In this document: positions 1 through 12,035 of the stretch, piece by piece
Position numbering within the stretch: the stretch's first letter is position 1
Layout: every line of letters begins with the position of its first letter
Origin: an uncultured Nitrososphaeraceae archaeon
GTDB taxonomy: Archaea; Thermoproteota; Nitrososphaeria; Nitrososphaerales; Nitrososphaeraceae
Assembly (NCBI GenBank): GCA_963765895.1
Contig: CAVXZB010000041.1
Location: 1-64,000, forward strand
Reading direction: 5' to 3'
Length of the DNA stretch: 64,000 nt
Notes under the pieces: model-generated
Told to the model about the DNA's origin: nothing
Seen by the model: the letters and a program-made list of their open reading frames with translations, nothing else
The model's database searches: none
Translations under genes and position numbers: made by a program

Positions 1-19
1 ACCTTTTGTGGATATATCA

Positions 20-400
20 TTATAATATATTCCCCAATTCCAACCTCACGATACTGAAAATATTTTCGGACAATAGTTTATGGGTCCTCCCTATGTGATT
101 TTGACTTTGATCTTGTTCAGACTTGCTACCCGCCGGTAAAGCTATTCCTTGGATCATAATAAAATAAAGTTTCGCCCATTCTTCAGTATGTTCATCTATG
201 AGCAAGGCAACATTTGGATTTGCCTCAATATTCTTTACCCGTTTTAATCTTCCAAGTTTTGAGTTCTGTTTAAATTTTTATCTATTGGTATAATAACTAC
301 CATCATTGTCACATACAAATACAACTGGCACCAAATATGGTTTAAGTCCTGGATCAATCGTATCAAGTCTGGCCACTCTAGCATTGTTAATTATTGTTAT
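20..400 (-). pseudogene. PPOX-class (TIGR03668-like) F420-dependent oxidoreductase, frameshifted
   Basis: Manual translation gives NARVARLDTIDPGLKPYLVPVVFV..YYTPIDK, then after a frame change RLKRVKNIEANPNVALLIDEHTEEWAKLYFIMIQG. Start approximate. Confidence 0.7.
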
Positions 401-707
401 GAAATATGTGCGATTAATCATAACATCATTATGATGTTTTAAGGTACTTTAGCAGTACAAGTACATACCCTGGTTTAGGAAATTTATGACAGTTAGTGTC
501 GAAAAGATATCCTAATTTGGCAATAGTCAAATTTGGTTTATCTGATTGGCATACACATTTTATTGTTTGACCATAGTATATCTAACACATGTGACTTGTC
601 ATTTGAGTGCATTCTAGCTGAGCGAGTCAATTCATAAACGTAGTAGATGCCGGAGATGCAGGCGAATATTTGGACTATTTTGATAGGTTATATATTTTTG
701 GCATCGC

Positions 708-990
708 TTATTTTGAAATCTGTCCTTTAATTTCGCCATTCGGATTTATTTAGTATGAACATTTACGTATGCATTGTTACTTCTATAAGTTTAGTCATAT
801 TAGATATTTGTATTCATTTCAACCGTCCTTCAAGTTTGCTAGTAGATATATCACCTTGCACTAATTGTCCATTTACTGGGCCATTAGTTAGTATTTTTGA
901 AATATAATAAGAGTAACTGCAACTGAGCCGTTTTCTCCATCTTACCTTGGTGTATATGCGCCATTGTAACTTTATCTATATTTCATAATC
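708..990 (-). pseudogene. CHRD domain protein remnant
   Basis: Fragments NIDKVTMAHIHQGK/GENGSVAVTL, LVQGDISTSKLEG, NAYVNVHT/NPNGEIKGQI, with stops and frameshifts. Not in the ORF track. Confidence 0.7.
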
Positions 991-1094
991 ACAACAAGTA
1001 TTCTCAATGATGAGTAAAGCTAAGATGAGTAGTAATCAGTTCAGTATACGAGAATTGACAGTGCAATCAACTAAGCTTTCTTAATTTAGATATT

Positions 1095-1295
1095 TCACTT
1101 TTCCCCGGAATATACTTTGTAAATATCATATTCTTTCAAGATTCTGATAACTGTTGGAATCTCTAAATCAAGCTGCATGGCAATAAATTCCTCAGCGATG
1201 CCAGATTCGTATAGATTCATAACAACTTGTTTTTTATCTTTAGATATTGTTCCATTCCCTAGTAGTTGTGATGGAGTATTGTCAGATAACGACAT
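1095..1295 (-). CDS. small HTH-like hypothetical protein
   Basis: 66-aa ATG ORF; VMNLYESGIAEEFIAMQLDLEIPTVIRIL has an HTH-like pattern. Confidence 0.6.
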   Translation of the reverse strand: MSLSDNTPSQLLGNGTISKDKKQVVMNLYESGIAEEFIAMQLDLEIPTVIRILKEYDIYKVYSGEK

Positions 1296-1529
1296 CTTTT
1301 TATTTCTATCTTGATATATTTAACTAAACGAAGTTAAATAGGATTGATTAACCTTGTTAACTAATTCGACAAAGGATTTAAAAGCATATCCTTCGACCAA
1401 GATCCTAGTTACTAATATGTATTGATCAAACAGTCCATTTACTAACTTGATAATATTCTAATTCACAGAAATAGTTGGTTAAAATCTTTAATATAGAAGG
1501 ATAACTATAATTAACATAGAGATGTAGTC

Positions 1530-1979
1530 ATGACTGTTCGAATAGATCTTAGTAGGGAAGTTCGAGCGTCTGTCCCACGTGTCTTGAAATATTTCATGAA
1601 TGTAGAAGAGTTACCACGCTTACATCCAGAATATATCAAAAATGTTAGGGTCATAGATAAAAAAACTGTAAGCAATAATGATAGCGACTTTAGTATAGAA
1701 TTTGAGCAGGAAGGCTCATTTCATGGCAAGAAGATAAAATCTATGAATAGACTAACCAAAATGGCGCCGGAAAATTCTATCAGGATTGAAACGATAGATG
1801 GAAATGGAAAAGGGAGCTTGACGACTATCAGATGCAAAGAAATAGGTCCAGAAAATACACAAATAAAATTGGATGGAGAGCTCCATTATGGATTATTAGA
1901 AAAACTACTAAGTCGATCGATTCATAGTATTACAGAAAAAACCCTGGAAGAGGATATAAAGAATATAGAGCGATCATAG
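1530..1979 (+). CDS. SRPBCC/START-fold protein
   Basis: 149 aa; REVRASVPRVLKYFMNVEELPRLHPEYIKNVRV start and a C-terminal helix typical of SRPBCC. Confidence 0.75.
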   Translation: MTVRIDLSREVRASVPRVLKYFMNVEELPRLHPEYIKNVRVIDKKTVSNNDSDFSIEFEQEGSFHGKKIKSMNRLTKMAPENSIRIETIDGNGKGSLTTIRCKEIGPENTQIKLDGELHYGLLEKLLSRSIHSITEKTLEEDIKNIERS

Positions 1980-2300
1980 AGTGAAGATATAATTAAATTT
2001 AGATATAGGAAAGATATTCATTAGACTCGGGTTTAACACTACGTGTATTGGCCATCTAAAGTATGTCTATTTCATCTCTAACTGCATTTTTCAATTCTGC
2101 CATATTTTTAATCAGAGCCATGTAAAAGTGTTGCGAAGACAAGCATTTGGCTATTCTCTTTACTCAAATTTAGTATCTGTGCTGTGCTGTTATTGTTGCA
2201 TTATTTTTGATTCTACAGGTACGGTTGATTGTAGGTTTTAATACATCTCATGACGTCGTGCGCATCCAAAACTACTGCTGAATCCCAATGTGTGCACTTT

Positions 2301-3098
2301 TCAAAGGAACAAGGTTCTAAGCTTATGTGCTGAACGTTTAGCATCATTCGTACTGGTAAAAACCTCCAGAGTAATTGTTCCATCATAATTAATGTCTTTC
2401 AAAGCTTTGACCGCTTTATAATGATCTATCCAGCCTTCCCCAATCGCAAGATGTTCGTCCTTCATTCCATGGTTATCATGCCAGTGTATGTGAACTATCC
2501 TATCCTTAAATAATGAGATATAATCAAGTACTGATTTCATGCCACCAGATGTAAAAGCGTGTGGAATATCTAAATGAACTAGTAACGAATCTACGTTATC
2601 AATAATATATTTGAATTCATTTACACCGTGTATCCCATTTGATAGGGGAACATTTTCTAACATTACTTTCATGTTAGATCTTTCTGCGCATCCTATAATT
2701 TCTCGCAGACTTTTGATCATATTATCTAACAGAACATGTCTTTTTTCTCCGTAAAACATTCCATTGAGATTGGCATGAACATTAATGAGATCGATGCCTA
2801 TCTTTTTTGCTGTTCTAATTTCACGCATAGCTTCCAGAATCCATGCGTGTCGGACATATTCATAGTCTGAACACAAGTCTATCCAGTAAGCCGTATGGCC
2901 TATTGGTTTTTGATTAAATTTTTGTATAAGCTTTATAATTTCACTTTTGTTTTTATCAATTAGTTTTGGATTGCCTTCTGGTCCTTCTATCGCTATTTCA
3001 ACGAAGTCGAAACCCAATTGATAAATTTTATTAATTTCAGCCAATATCTCATTAGACGGGTTAGTAAGCAACCCATAATAAGGCATATGAAATTTCAA
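2301..3098 (-). CDS. sugar phosphate isomerase/epimerase (xylose isomerase-like TIM barrel)
   Basis: GFDFVEI, MLENV, HLDIPHA, HIHWHDN..DEHLAIGEG and TITLEV metal-binding motifs. Confidence 0.9.
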   Translation of the reverse strand: MKFHMPYYGLLTNPSNEILAEINKIYQLGFDFVEIAIEGPEGNPKLIDKNKSEIIKLIQKFNQKPIGHTAYWIDLCSDYEYVRHAWILEAMREIRTAKKIGIDLINVHANLNGMFYGEKRHVLLDNMIKSLREIIGCAERSNMKVMLENVPLSNGIHGVNEFKYIIDNVDSLLVHLDIPHAFTSGGMKSVLDYISLFKDRIVHIHWHDNHGMKDEHLAIGEGWIDHYKAVKALKDINYDGTITLEVFTSTNDAKRSAHKLRTLFL

Positions 3099-3557
3099 TA
3101 GCTGTCATATTTCTTATTCTTCCATAGTGGATATAAAGATGAATCAAATCCACTAACACTTTACAATTAATATACTATGAAAACTACGTTGTAATGGGAT
3201 TAAATAATATCACCGGCGTTTTTCCTGAATAAGGTTTTAGTCTTGTCTCAAAAAGTTAAGAAAAATAAAAACGCCGTAGTATGTCATCCAGGATATGACC
3301 AGGGATACCTTAGGTATTGTCTTTTATTATTTAATATGGTTCTGAACCCCAATAACATTTTATTGTGTATACAAATCGCGCAAATATACTGTAGATTTCT
3401 TAGATTATGGAATAAATCATTTTTAGTCCTACATCTCATCGCATCTGTCAGAATTATATAATAAAGACACTTCTTATAGACAATTGTTATACATCAAGAC
3501 GTTATAATTTATGTTCATAATCTTGGTATACTCAAATCTATTATACATTGTATAGAT

Positions 3558-3866
3558 ATGAATCGAAGTTATGTTATCTCAGGAATAGCAATAGCGACAA
3601 TAGCTCTAGTACTAGTTACGACAACGATGTCAGATCAGCAGTACGCGTTCGCACATAGAAACTACTATCATTATGGTCATCAGAATCATCATAATGGTAG
3701 TGATGGCGCAGCTGGCAGCAGCGGCAGCAGCTGGCGATAGCGCAGCATCAGCCGGCAGGAGCCGGTGGCAGTGCAGGAGCAGCTGGCAGGAGCTGGCGAT
3801 AGCGCAGCATCAGCTGCAGCAGCCGGTGGCAGTGCAGCAGGCAGCGGCAGCGAGCCGGTAGATAAT
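3558..3866 (+). CDS. small secreted His-rich then Ala/Gly-rich protein, apparently frameshifted in the repeat
   Basis: Signal peptide ending AFA, then HRNYYHYGHQNHH, then a GCA-rich tract that reads AAAAAAGDSAASA.. in shifting frames. Confidence 0.5.
3706..3858. repeat. GC-rich GCA-based imperfect repeat
   Basis: ctggcgatagcgcagcatcagc occurs at 3731 and 3793, each followed by agccggtggcagtgcag. Confidence 0.85.
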
Positions 3867-3985
3867 TGATTGATGTTTGTGAGTGAAATTAGGGAATGAT
3901 GTGGATAGAACACCTGTACTCACATTTTTTTGAAGAAATCAATTACTACTATTTAATAGAGAGATAATCATGTATAGTATTAGAG

Positions 3986-4651
3986 ATGAAGATAATGAAA
4001 AGAGAACCCAAGTTTCTACTTATTATTCGTCTACTTGTAGTCTTGACTATAACATCACCTTCGGTATTATTATCTAATTATTCAATACTTCCTGCAATCT
4101 CATCATCATCACCACTATCACTCTTACCTACTATCATTCAAACTGCCAGAGCTGATGTGGATATTGATACTTCTGGAAATGGAAAAGCAGCTGCCTTTGA
4201 TGGTAAAAATAGTATATCCTCAGATGGAAAGGGCTTTTGTAATACTGTTGATAATATTGCTGGAGGAAAGTTTGCACCTCTGTTTAGTGGAATAGTTAAC
4301 TGCAAGTCTTCAAATAACCCAAATCACTATAGTATCGATTATTCAGTAATAAAAGACCCTGTAAAAGTAGGTGATACAACTTACATGAGTGTAACTGTTA
4401 GAGATAAATATACGGATCAACCTGTCTCCGATGTATTTGTTCTACTGACCATAGAACCACCGAATTTCAATCCATCCATAGACAAAACAACAACAACAAC
4501 TACTCAAACGGCATATACGGATAAGGATGGACACGCGACATTTACTGTACAAATAGGACCTCGATCAAACAGTGGAATTTATAATACCAATCTAGAAATC
4601 AGAAAAGACAATTATGATTCAAAGATACAGAAATCCTTCCAAGTAGTATAG
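3986..4651 (+). CDS. secreted/surface protein with C-terminal Ig-like domain
   Basis: Hydrophobic N-terminus; VTVRDKYTDQPVSDVFV..TDKDGHATFTV is a Big_1-like pattern. Confidence 0.6.
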   Translation: MKIMKREPKFLLIIRLLVVLTITSPSVLLSNYSILPAISSSSPLSLLPTIIQTARADVDIDTSGNGKAAAFDGKNSISSDGKGFCNTVDNIAGGKFAPLFSGIVNCKSSNNPNHYSIDYSVIKDPVKVGDTTYMSVTVRDKYTDQPVSDVFVLLTIEPPNFNPSIDKTTTTTTQTAYTDKDGHATFTVQIGPRSNSGIYNTNLEIRKDNYDSKIQKSFQVV

Positions 4652-5409
4652 ACAGATCCTTTATCCCATATTATATTCATTTATTACTTTTCTTTATTTA
4701 TTGATTTTATTAATCCCTTTGACTTCGTTTTGTGCCTTATTAGATCTTAGAGCTACATATTTTAGTGATATTCTATAAAAACAAACTACTGTTGTAGTCT
4801 CAGACCATATGATAATTCGTTATCATCATGGCCTGGTATACGCAAATAGAAATAAACAATGTTTTTGCTTAACTATGGACAATGCTTTCTCAAAACAATA
4901 TCAAATTATAGATGTAATTGTAGTTAGCTATTTTTATACTTATGGTACTGACTGTTATCGGATTGTCAGATGTCTGTGGATCACTATTTGCAGTTGTTTT
5001 TTCCAAGATGAAAATTGTAGTTACAAATACCACAATGAATAACATTATCGACTAGAAGAGTACCCTACTAATATCTCAGGAAGGCAAGGATAATCAAATT
5101 CTTGTTCTAATTGTAATTGAAAACCGTGAAATTTCGATAGTATGGTACTCATTAACAAAGGAGAATGCAAAATGAAAGAAGAGTTCTGTAAGGCTACCGA
5201 CATTTGTATAGTCCAATGAAGATGGATTAATAAATATGACTTGGAATATTATTGCTAGATTGTATAGAAAACCCAGTTTTTCTGTAGCAAGATTTTTTCT
5301 AATATGCCCCCAAAGTAAATGTAGAATAATGACACTCTATGATAAGAACGTTAGCTTATCTGATATGCTCAGTAATATTAATACGGTTTAGCTTGCTCAC
5401 TATATAGTA

Positions 5410-6240
5410 GTGCAGACGTCGATGCCTCAAAGAGATACATCAACTAGAAAAATAACGAATTTGCTAAACTTAGTGAAAACTTCAATCAAGAGTATAAAAG
5501 ATGGTTTTGCTCCAGGATTGTCGCAACTAAAACCACAATCTATTCCTACTATAAGCCCGCAACCAGCACCATCATGGACATCAGAGGATGACCTTGACCA
5601 GTTCGGTATCAAATGCATTTACAAAAGCAAACCATATAGCAGAGCAGTAACAAATCCACATATAAGGTTCTTCATTCGACATTATAGATCAGGAAAAGCA
5701 GACGACCCAACCGCAGAATGTACTCTAGATTCAAAGACACCAATTACAAACCAAGAATGTACTGCCGTAATCAAGATGAATGGTATTATTCATCCCGATA
5801 CTATTGACTGGAAATTGAGAGGTGGACAACACTCTTCTGAAGATGGAGGAAAGAGTGGAACCTGTTACAGCTTGGAAATAATGTCGGATGGCTCGCAAAA
5901 TAAATATCTGGAGGTAGAAAGACCACATCCATCGATGCATAACTGTACCAAATTCTGCAAGCCTCTATTCAAACTACCTGATATTAGCAATGCAAAGTTT
6001 GGATGGAAAGGAATAGTAATCAATAGTGCAGATAACAAATCAGTACATATAGAATCCTGGGTTAACCTAACATCAGACGATCAATCAAAGTGGCAGAAAT
6101 ATATCGACGTAACTGATAATGGCCAACTTCCACAGGGATTAATACTACAATGTATGGGCACTAGGGCAACAATCAGAATTGACGGCATACAGGGACATCC
6201 AGAATTTACAAATGTATCAATGAGAGAAATTACTCTATAG
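5410..6240 (+). CDS. hypothetical protein, possible beta-jelly-roll carbohydrate-binding/lyase-like fold
   Basis: 276-aa ORF with KLRGGQHS, FGWKGIVIN, VHIESWV, WQKYIDVTDNG, ATIRID. The fold is an inference. Confidence 0.5.
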   Translation: MQTSMPQRDTSTRKITNLLNLVKTSIKSIKDGFAPGLSQLKPQSIPTISPQPAPSWTSEDDLDQFGIKCIYKSKPYSRAVTNPHIRFFIRHYRSGKADDPTAECTLDSKTPITNQECTAVIKMNGIIHPDTIDWKLRGGQHSSEDGGKSGTCYSLEIMSDGSQNKYLEVERPHPSMHNCTKFCKPLFKLPDISNAKFGWKGIVINSADNKSVHIESWVNLTSDDQSKWQKYIDVTDNGQLPQGLILQCMGTRATIRIDGIQGHPEFTNVSMREITL

Positions 6241-6369
6241 ACTAGATCAGCAGTAGCACTTTTTATATTATTTCATTATTTTTAATATAATTTTTTGTTT
6301 TGCCAAATAATTTTTGATGTCAGAAAAGTCGTATACCCGCATTACAATTCATGTAAAATATTTCTTATG

Positions 6370-6858
6370 TCATACAATAATTATTCCGAGCCTGACTATA
6401 GTGACCTTCAACATACCTATTACTGTATACACATTATTGTCTGGTCGTATTATCACTTTGCCACCATTATGGTTGCTTTCAGAAAAGAGTATCAAGTGCA
6501 TTAGATGGAGATTTAACAAGCCTACTAGTTTATCAATTGGTCGCTCGCTAATTGATATTTGTAAGATGGCTACCCAGTGAGATTCTAGATTTTCCACCAT
6601 ATACAGTATAATAAAGAAAAACGTAGTTGACTGTTTTGAAATTACTGGCCCTAGTAAATCCCATTTAGATTGTGTCGCTACATTAAAAATCGAGCGATTT
6701 TTTATAAGATGACAGTCTAGAATTCTAAGTACATTTCTTGAATTTTTCTCTAGGACCAAAATATTATTCGGGCCAAGAAATGCCATATTTGTCGGATCAA
6801 GCCCTTTAAAGACCACCTCGGCTTTCAAATTCCAACTAATGAGTCCTCGCAAATACAA
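6370..6858 (-). pseudogene. PQQ-dependent sugar dehydrogenase (GSDH) fragment
   Basis: LKAEVVFKGLDPTNMAFLGPNNILVLEKN and HNGGKVIIRPDNNVYTVIG; far shorter than the full propeller. Confidence 0.75.
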
Positions 6859-7619
6859 GTATTCCTTTGATATAGGTAGTGGAATATTGGTACTCGTATA
6901 GAAATTCTGAAAAAAATATTTTTATTTGAGGTTAGTTCATTCATTTATAATTTTTTCTTGGCTATTTCACATCTTGCAACTATTTTTATTAGTCATAATT
7001 ATTGAGGAAATCAGAGGATAAGTTTCTACAGTTTTAATTCGTTGATTTATTTGGAATCCACTATGAAACACAATCTATATGATATCGCAAACTTGCGTTC
7101 AAAAAATGGAATAGGATATTCTATTTAGTAATCCTGAAAATAAAGCATACGGCATTGAATTACAATATCATTTAGTTATATGTACCTCAAAGATAATATA
7201 TGATCTCTTTTTTTGATTTTCATTAGCATACTGCTAGGATTCACAACTTATTGGAGAAAGATCAGTATTCAATCTTAGTCATAGGTTTACATCAAAAGAG
7301 ATAGGCATTATTGTTTTTTCTTTGTTAACGCAGTACTATAAATAATAATGCAATTACAAGACTTCAACTGCACGCCTCGAGTTCTCAAACTCCAAACTCC
7401 AAACTCCAATTGAGATTAAAGACTGGTCAGTTGAAAATTGCTTAATGACAATTAACAGACAGTTAACTTAACATTCGAAATGGGCAACTCAGAAGATCAT
7501 ATTAACTAAAAATAACAAACTCATGCTTTTGATTTAGACTGATGTCAGCATCAAGATAGTTAGATAGCTGTACCTAAAAGCTAATATAAATAATTAGGCA
7601 ACATTTTTTCTCAGAATCA

Positions 7620-7950
7620 ATGTTCACGTCAAAAATAATATTTATTGTTGCCATCGCTAATGCAGTGACAATCTTAGTATCATCAATCACACTTGCAAAA
7701 CCAGTAATAGCAAAGAAAGATAGTGGCAGTAAAAGTAGTAGTGGTGGTAGTTCATCCAAAAATGACTAGGATAAATTCCAGAAATGTCTTTCAGACGTTA
7801 TGGCCGGTTGTTCTGCCATGAATCGACAAACAAAGGAGTATTTGATTCTACCCCTGGTGGTGGGGGGTAGCGATAATGGCAGCACCGGCCACTCTGGTGA
7901 TGTTAGTCAGATAAGCAGCAACCTAGACAGTACTAATAATAGTAGCAATA
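7620..7950 (+). pseudogene. secreted Ser/Gly-rich protein remnant
   Basis: MFTSKIIFIVAIANAVTILVSSITLAKPVIAKKDSGSKSSSGGSSSKND, TAG at 7767, then in-frame DKFQKCLSD. End approximate. Confidence 0.4.
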
Positions 7951-8448
7951 AATAAAGATTACAAATGATGCTGTCTGCACTTTAATTTCAAATTTAATGC
8001 AAAGAACACAATGTAAATGATTATCTTATCCAACACGGTTTAGACGTAAGAAGGTTTCTAAATTCATACTAATATAAGCTGGAAACTAGATCAATTCAAA
8101 GTAGAGAAAATATTTAACTATTAATAAGGGCTAACGCTTTGTTACTTATTTCTATCACGTTTGTATTTCTAGTATTTTCATTCTAATATTAGCTTCATTT
8201 ACGGAGAAATCACTTTTATTAATAGAACTTCAGTTGATAATAATATCAACGTCAATGATAGAAACTTCGCAAATTCGACCAAGTACTTGAATATACAGCA
8301 AAACCCACCTATTGAAGCGATAATCCCATAACTAATTCAACTAGTTCTCAAAATAACAATACTAATGTGGAATCTATGAATAGAGCTGCATCCGGTATAT
8401 CAAAATAAATAAGTTCTATAATAATAAGTACAAATTCCTGCTAAAGTA

Positions 8449-8796
8449 TTACGTTGTTTTATTATTATCATCATCATTAACAAATAATCTGTCATGAAAG
8501 TTCTCTTTTAATATTTCGTCCAAGTCTTCATCTGTCCTATCTGTAAACTTGGATCCATAAAGCCCGTATAGGAACTCGAATGCTTGCTCCTCATTACAGG
8601 GTAGTATCCTACTCTCTTCATTTTTATGCTTAGACCAGTAAAGAAGAAAAAAGTTCCCTTCATTGTTCCCCTTAAACAAGGTAATTCCTCTTATTGATGT
8701 ATAATATGGAAAGTTATCGCCTTTGCGTGCCAACTTTATTGCATTTATTGTATTGAATGAATCAACAGTATCATTTATTCTCGAAGTTGCTTTCAT
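8449..8796 (-). CDS. hypothetical protein
   Basis: 115-aa ATG ORF with protein-like composition. Confidence 0.6.
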   Translation of the reverse strand: MKATSRINDTVDSFNTINAIKLARKGDNFPYYTSIRGITLFKGNNEGNFFLLYWSKHKNEESRILPCNEEQAFEFLYGLYGSKFTDRTDEDLDEILKENFHDRLFVNDDDNNKTT

Positions 8797-8940
8797 TTAC
8801 ACACCTAACGGCAAGTACATTCTCAACTATTAGATATAATGGTGTATATTTATTTAGTTATTAATTAACTCTAAAGACGAATCAAATCATTAAGAATCAG
8901 TAATTACAACTGATCTATTTGTAGCTCAACTTCATAGCCC

Positions 8941-9072
8941 TTAGCTATGAGCCTTTTTACTATGCTTTTTTAACCTATCCTTGTCTTCAAACTCCATATC
9001 GCAATGTTTGCATTTATAGGTCTTAGCCTCTTCTTTTTCTTTTTTTCTGAATAAATCCGGCTTGCTGAACAT
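8941..9072 (-). CDS. 43-aa C2H2 zinc-finger microprotein
   Basis: Manual translation MFSKPDLFRKKEKEEAKTYKCKHCDMEFEDKDRLKKHSKKAHS* (YxCxxC-x3-F-x5-L-x2-H-x4-H). Below the ORF-track cutoff. Confidence 0.75.
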   Translation of the reverse strand: MFSKPDLFRKKEKEEAKTYKCKHCDMEFEDKDRLKKHSKKAHS

Positions 9073-10198
9073 AATAGATAAATGTTTTACTTCTTTAAAA
9101 GATTTATGGAAATTTTTATTTTAATAGAGAATTTATACAATATGTACGAATAACGTAAATTTCCTATTTAAAATTCCCTGCTAATTACATTTTATGAATA
9201 TAATCATATTGTCGAATTTGAGCTGTTAAAATAGTAATATTGCATGCTAGTACGAACTCTTTGGGAACAACAGGCAGTTCATGATAATGATGATGTTAAT
9301 TCATGCCACGGTTTGAATTTGATCGATTCGGCAATGAGTAGAATCCATGGAAGTCTTCAAAATTTAAACGTTATTAGTATTAAAAAGTTATCTTAGGTCG
9401 TTAAATTAATCTAAAATATAGTTGTATGTAGATAATTAGTTGGGAATTCTTTATTTGCAACTCTTTTTGTTTTACAGTTCATAATATAATGCGTATTTGA
9501 ATAAGTGGGTAAAAAATGAGCCGCCATGCTGCAATTGGCGATTCATACCTATCAGCACTAACTAATTCAATCTATTTGCCATGCATAAAGATAATAATAG
9601 ATGTAATTTGGTTCAGATGTTCCATTCTAATATGTGAGTATTGCACAAAGAATCTGAGGAAGATTTTGTCATTGGTATATGTTAGTAGATTTTATGTAAA
9701 AAAATGATTTGTACTTCAGAAATAAGATTATAATAGCAAATTCTATCTAATGTATAAAGGTTTAATTCCAAAGCGCGTCGCTACAGACAACTATAGTATG
9801 AATCGATAATGATCAAAGCTAACACATCAAAAACTCGTTAAGATAAATTCGCATAATAATAATGTCCAGCAGGAAAAGTCTTGATGCATGTCTTGAAAAA
9901 GATGGGATTCTATAGAGATGTGTTCCTCTTCAGAACAATAATACAAAGCATCTCATTTGTTGCTACTAACATTTGATATAAATGCGGAGCAAAATCTATT
10001 CATATTTGCTATATCCACTTATAACAACCCAATTGATTAATATTATATACTATCAAATTTAAAGTACTGGATATTATTATTATAATAATAATAGAATGCT
10101 TTATGATTGTATGAATCAATCACTTTAAGAAATCATTCCTGTCTATAGTATAATGTAGCACCTGGATAATCAGACAATCTAAAACAAAAGTAAAAGAG

Positions 10199-10861
10199 CT
10201 AATGTTTTAAAATATTTTTTATTGAGAGGAAGAGTGATTCTAAATGTCCTTCTATGCCTACAAATATAAAAGATACTCCTACCCCCAATAATATGCCGCC
10301 AACTACGTCTAATGGATAATGACCGCCGACATAGACTCTTGATATGCAGACTAAAGTTGCCTCTATAGCCAAAAGGACAGATATCGCAAGTTTTCTATAA
10401 GTCTCTCTGAATAGTGCAAGGGCCACTGTCGCACCAGCTGATACTATAACGGCATGACCAGAAGGAAACGAGTAGTCACTATCAGCAGCTATTAGAAAAT
10501 CTGATTTTGGAATTGCCGGTCGTAGCCTTGAAATTATATCTTTTGTTATAGTGCCAAGAGGTATAAGAACAAGTATTGATATGGCGATAACTATCGCAGT
10601 TTTTTTGCCTGACCCGCCACCTAAAATAAACAATAACACTATCACAACAACCCAGAATACTTCTCTTCCATATTCAGTTAACCAGATCATTAATTTATTG
10701 AAAATAGAGGAATGTAAATTATTAACTTGTAAAAAGATCCAAGAATCTGCTTTTAAAAATGGAGAACTGTTACTATATGAAGTTAGTCTTGGTGAAACCA
10801 GACCAGCAAGCAGCACAAAGAAGGTAAGGATAAAAATAGAAGATATAAGGTATTTATTCAA
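10199..10861 (-). CDS. PAP2-family membrane phosphatase
   Basis: K-x6-RP, SFPSGH and SRVYVGGHYPLDV motifs; TM segments. Confidence 0.92.
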   Translation of the reverse strand: MNKYLISSIFILTFFVLLAGLVSPRLTSYSNSSPFLKADSWIFLQVNNLHSSIFNKLMIWLTEYGREVFWVVVIVLLFILGGGSGKKTAIVIAISILVLIPLGTITKDIISRLRPAIPKSDFLIAADSDYSFPSGHAVIVSAGATVALALFRETYRKLAISVLLAIEATLVCISRVYVGGHYPLDVVGGILLGVGVSFIFVGIEGHLESLFLSIKNILKH

Positions 10862-11322
10862 ATGCTTGTGATAATTGTCAGTAGATATTACTTATAAAGT
10901 ATATCCGATGAATAAATAAGACAAGATTTGCCAACGCATTATTTGAAAGAAAGAGTGCTAGAGCTAATAATATAGATATAATTACATTGAATAAGGATTA
11001 TATCTAATAACAAAAAACTGTGGTCGAATCTATTTACATATGTCTCTATCTTACACCTTTCAGTGTACTCTTGAATTCTAAATATATCACAGCGGTGGTG
11101 GTGCAGAATAATAAAATTAGAATTTCAAGTGTTCCTCTCTGAAATTATTTTGTGTAGTTTTGCCGTTTCCTTCATAATCTATCTGGATCCTATATCTGAA
11201 ACAGAAGGAATTTCATAAATCTAGATCTATGAACGAATGGTTTAAACTATCAATAATATACTCAATATGATGCTACGAATAAAGAAATGACACTCATATA
11301 TATCATAAAAAATAGACAATAA

Positions 11323-11904
11323 CTGGAGGATAGAAGAATACATACCATCGTCAGAGAAATCATCACACCTGGTAAAGTTCCCAATGTTATTGATGAAATA
11401 ACAGGGTCACAGTATGGTTCTCATTATAGTATAGTTTATCATAATCTAAAGACCTTGAGGAATATGTATCCACCACTAATAAGACAACATCTGGAAGTTA
11501 ATAACGATACGGTTCTTTTCTTACCATTTTATGATTCTACAGAGAGAGCTAGAATTGTATTATCAAAAAATAAGGTCGATGTAAAAAAATGTGAGAACAA
11601 AGAGGAATCACTAATAATAATGGATGCAGGAAAAGCATACTTTGGATCCTCGACAGACGTTATCTCATTTATTGCCTCGTTAACCAAACTTGTCAAGGAA
11701 ACAGGTAAAAATGGTCTATCAGTATTTGAAGATATGGGCCCCTTCTTTTATTATAATAAACTAGATAGTTTATTAAGATATGAAGCTACACTATTCTCTT
11801 CATATAAACCCTGGATTAAAGCTAAAGCATTCTGTCTTTACAACAAATTAGACTATAACGCACTTGTGATAAAACAAAAGAATAGATTACTAACATCATG
11901 CTAA
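11323..11904 (+). CDS. MEDS sensory domain protein
   Basis: Frame is open from CTG 11323 (GSHYSIVYHNLKTLR..); has FEDMGPFF, LLRYE, AFCLYN. C-terminus probably frameshifted. Confidence 0.7.
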   Translation: MEDRRIHTIVREIITPGKVPNVIDEITGSQYGSHYSIVYHNLKTLRNMYPPLIRQHLEVNNDTVLFLPFYDSTERARIVLSKNKVDVKKCENKEESLIIMDAGKAYFGSSTDVISFIASLTKLVKETGKNGLSVFEDMGPFFYYNKLDSLLRYEATLFSSYKPWIKAKAFCLYNKLDYNALVIKQKNRLLTSC

Positions 11905-12035
11905 AGGGATAGACATGATCGTTGAATAGCGATCGTTTGTTTTTACTTGACTAAAACAACATAAGAATACAACTGATGCTTTATGATCTAAATCTCTTGC
12001 TATAGATAGTAAGGAAAAAGAATGATTAATAGATC

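Noticed and set aside
3673-3913. ORFs 3673-3861 (+) and 3689-3913 (-)
   Set aside because: Alternative frames of the stop-poor GC-rich repeat.
7386-7406. CAAACTC x3 microrepeat (similar short duplications at 16044-16068 and 41080-41109)
   Set aside because: Short isolated slippage repeats with no linked feature.
10551-10871. Antisense ORFs here and at 14554, 16596, 16860, 17696, 32166, 32408, 37477, 45422, 53107, 53343 and 59614
   Set aside because: Shadows of better-supported genes on the opposite strand.
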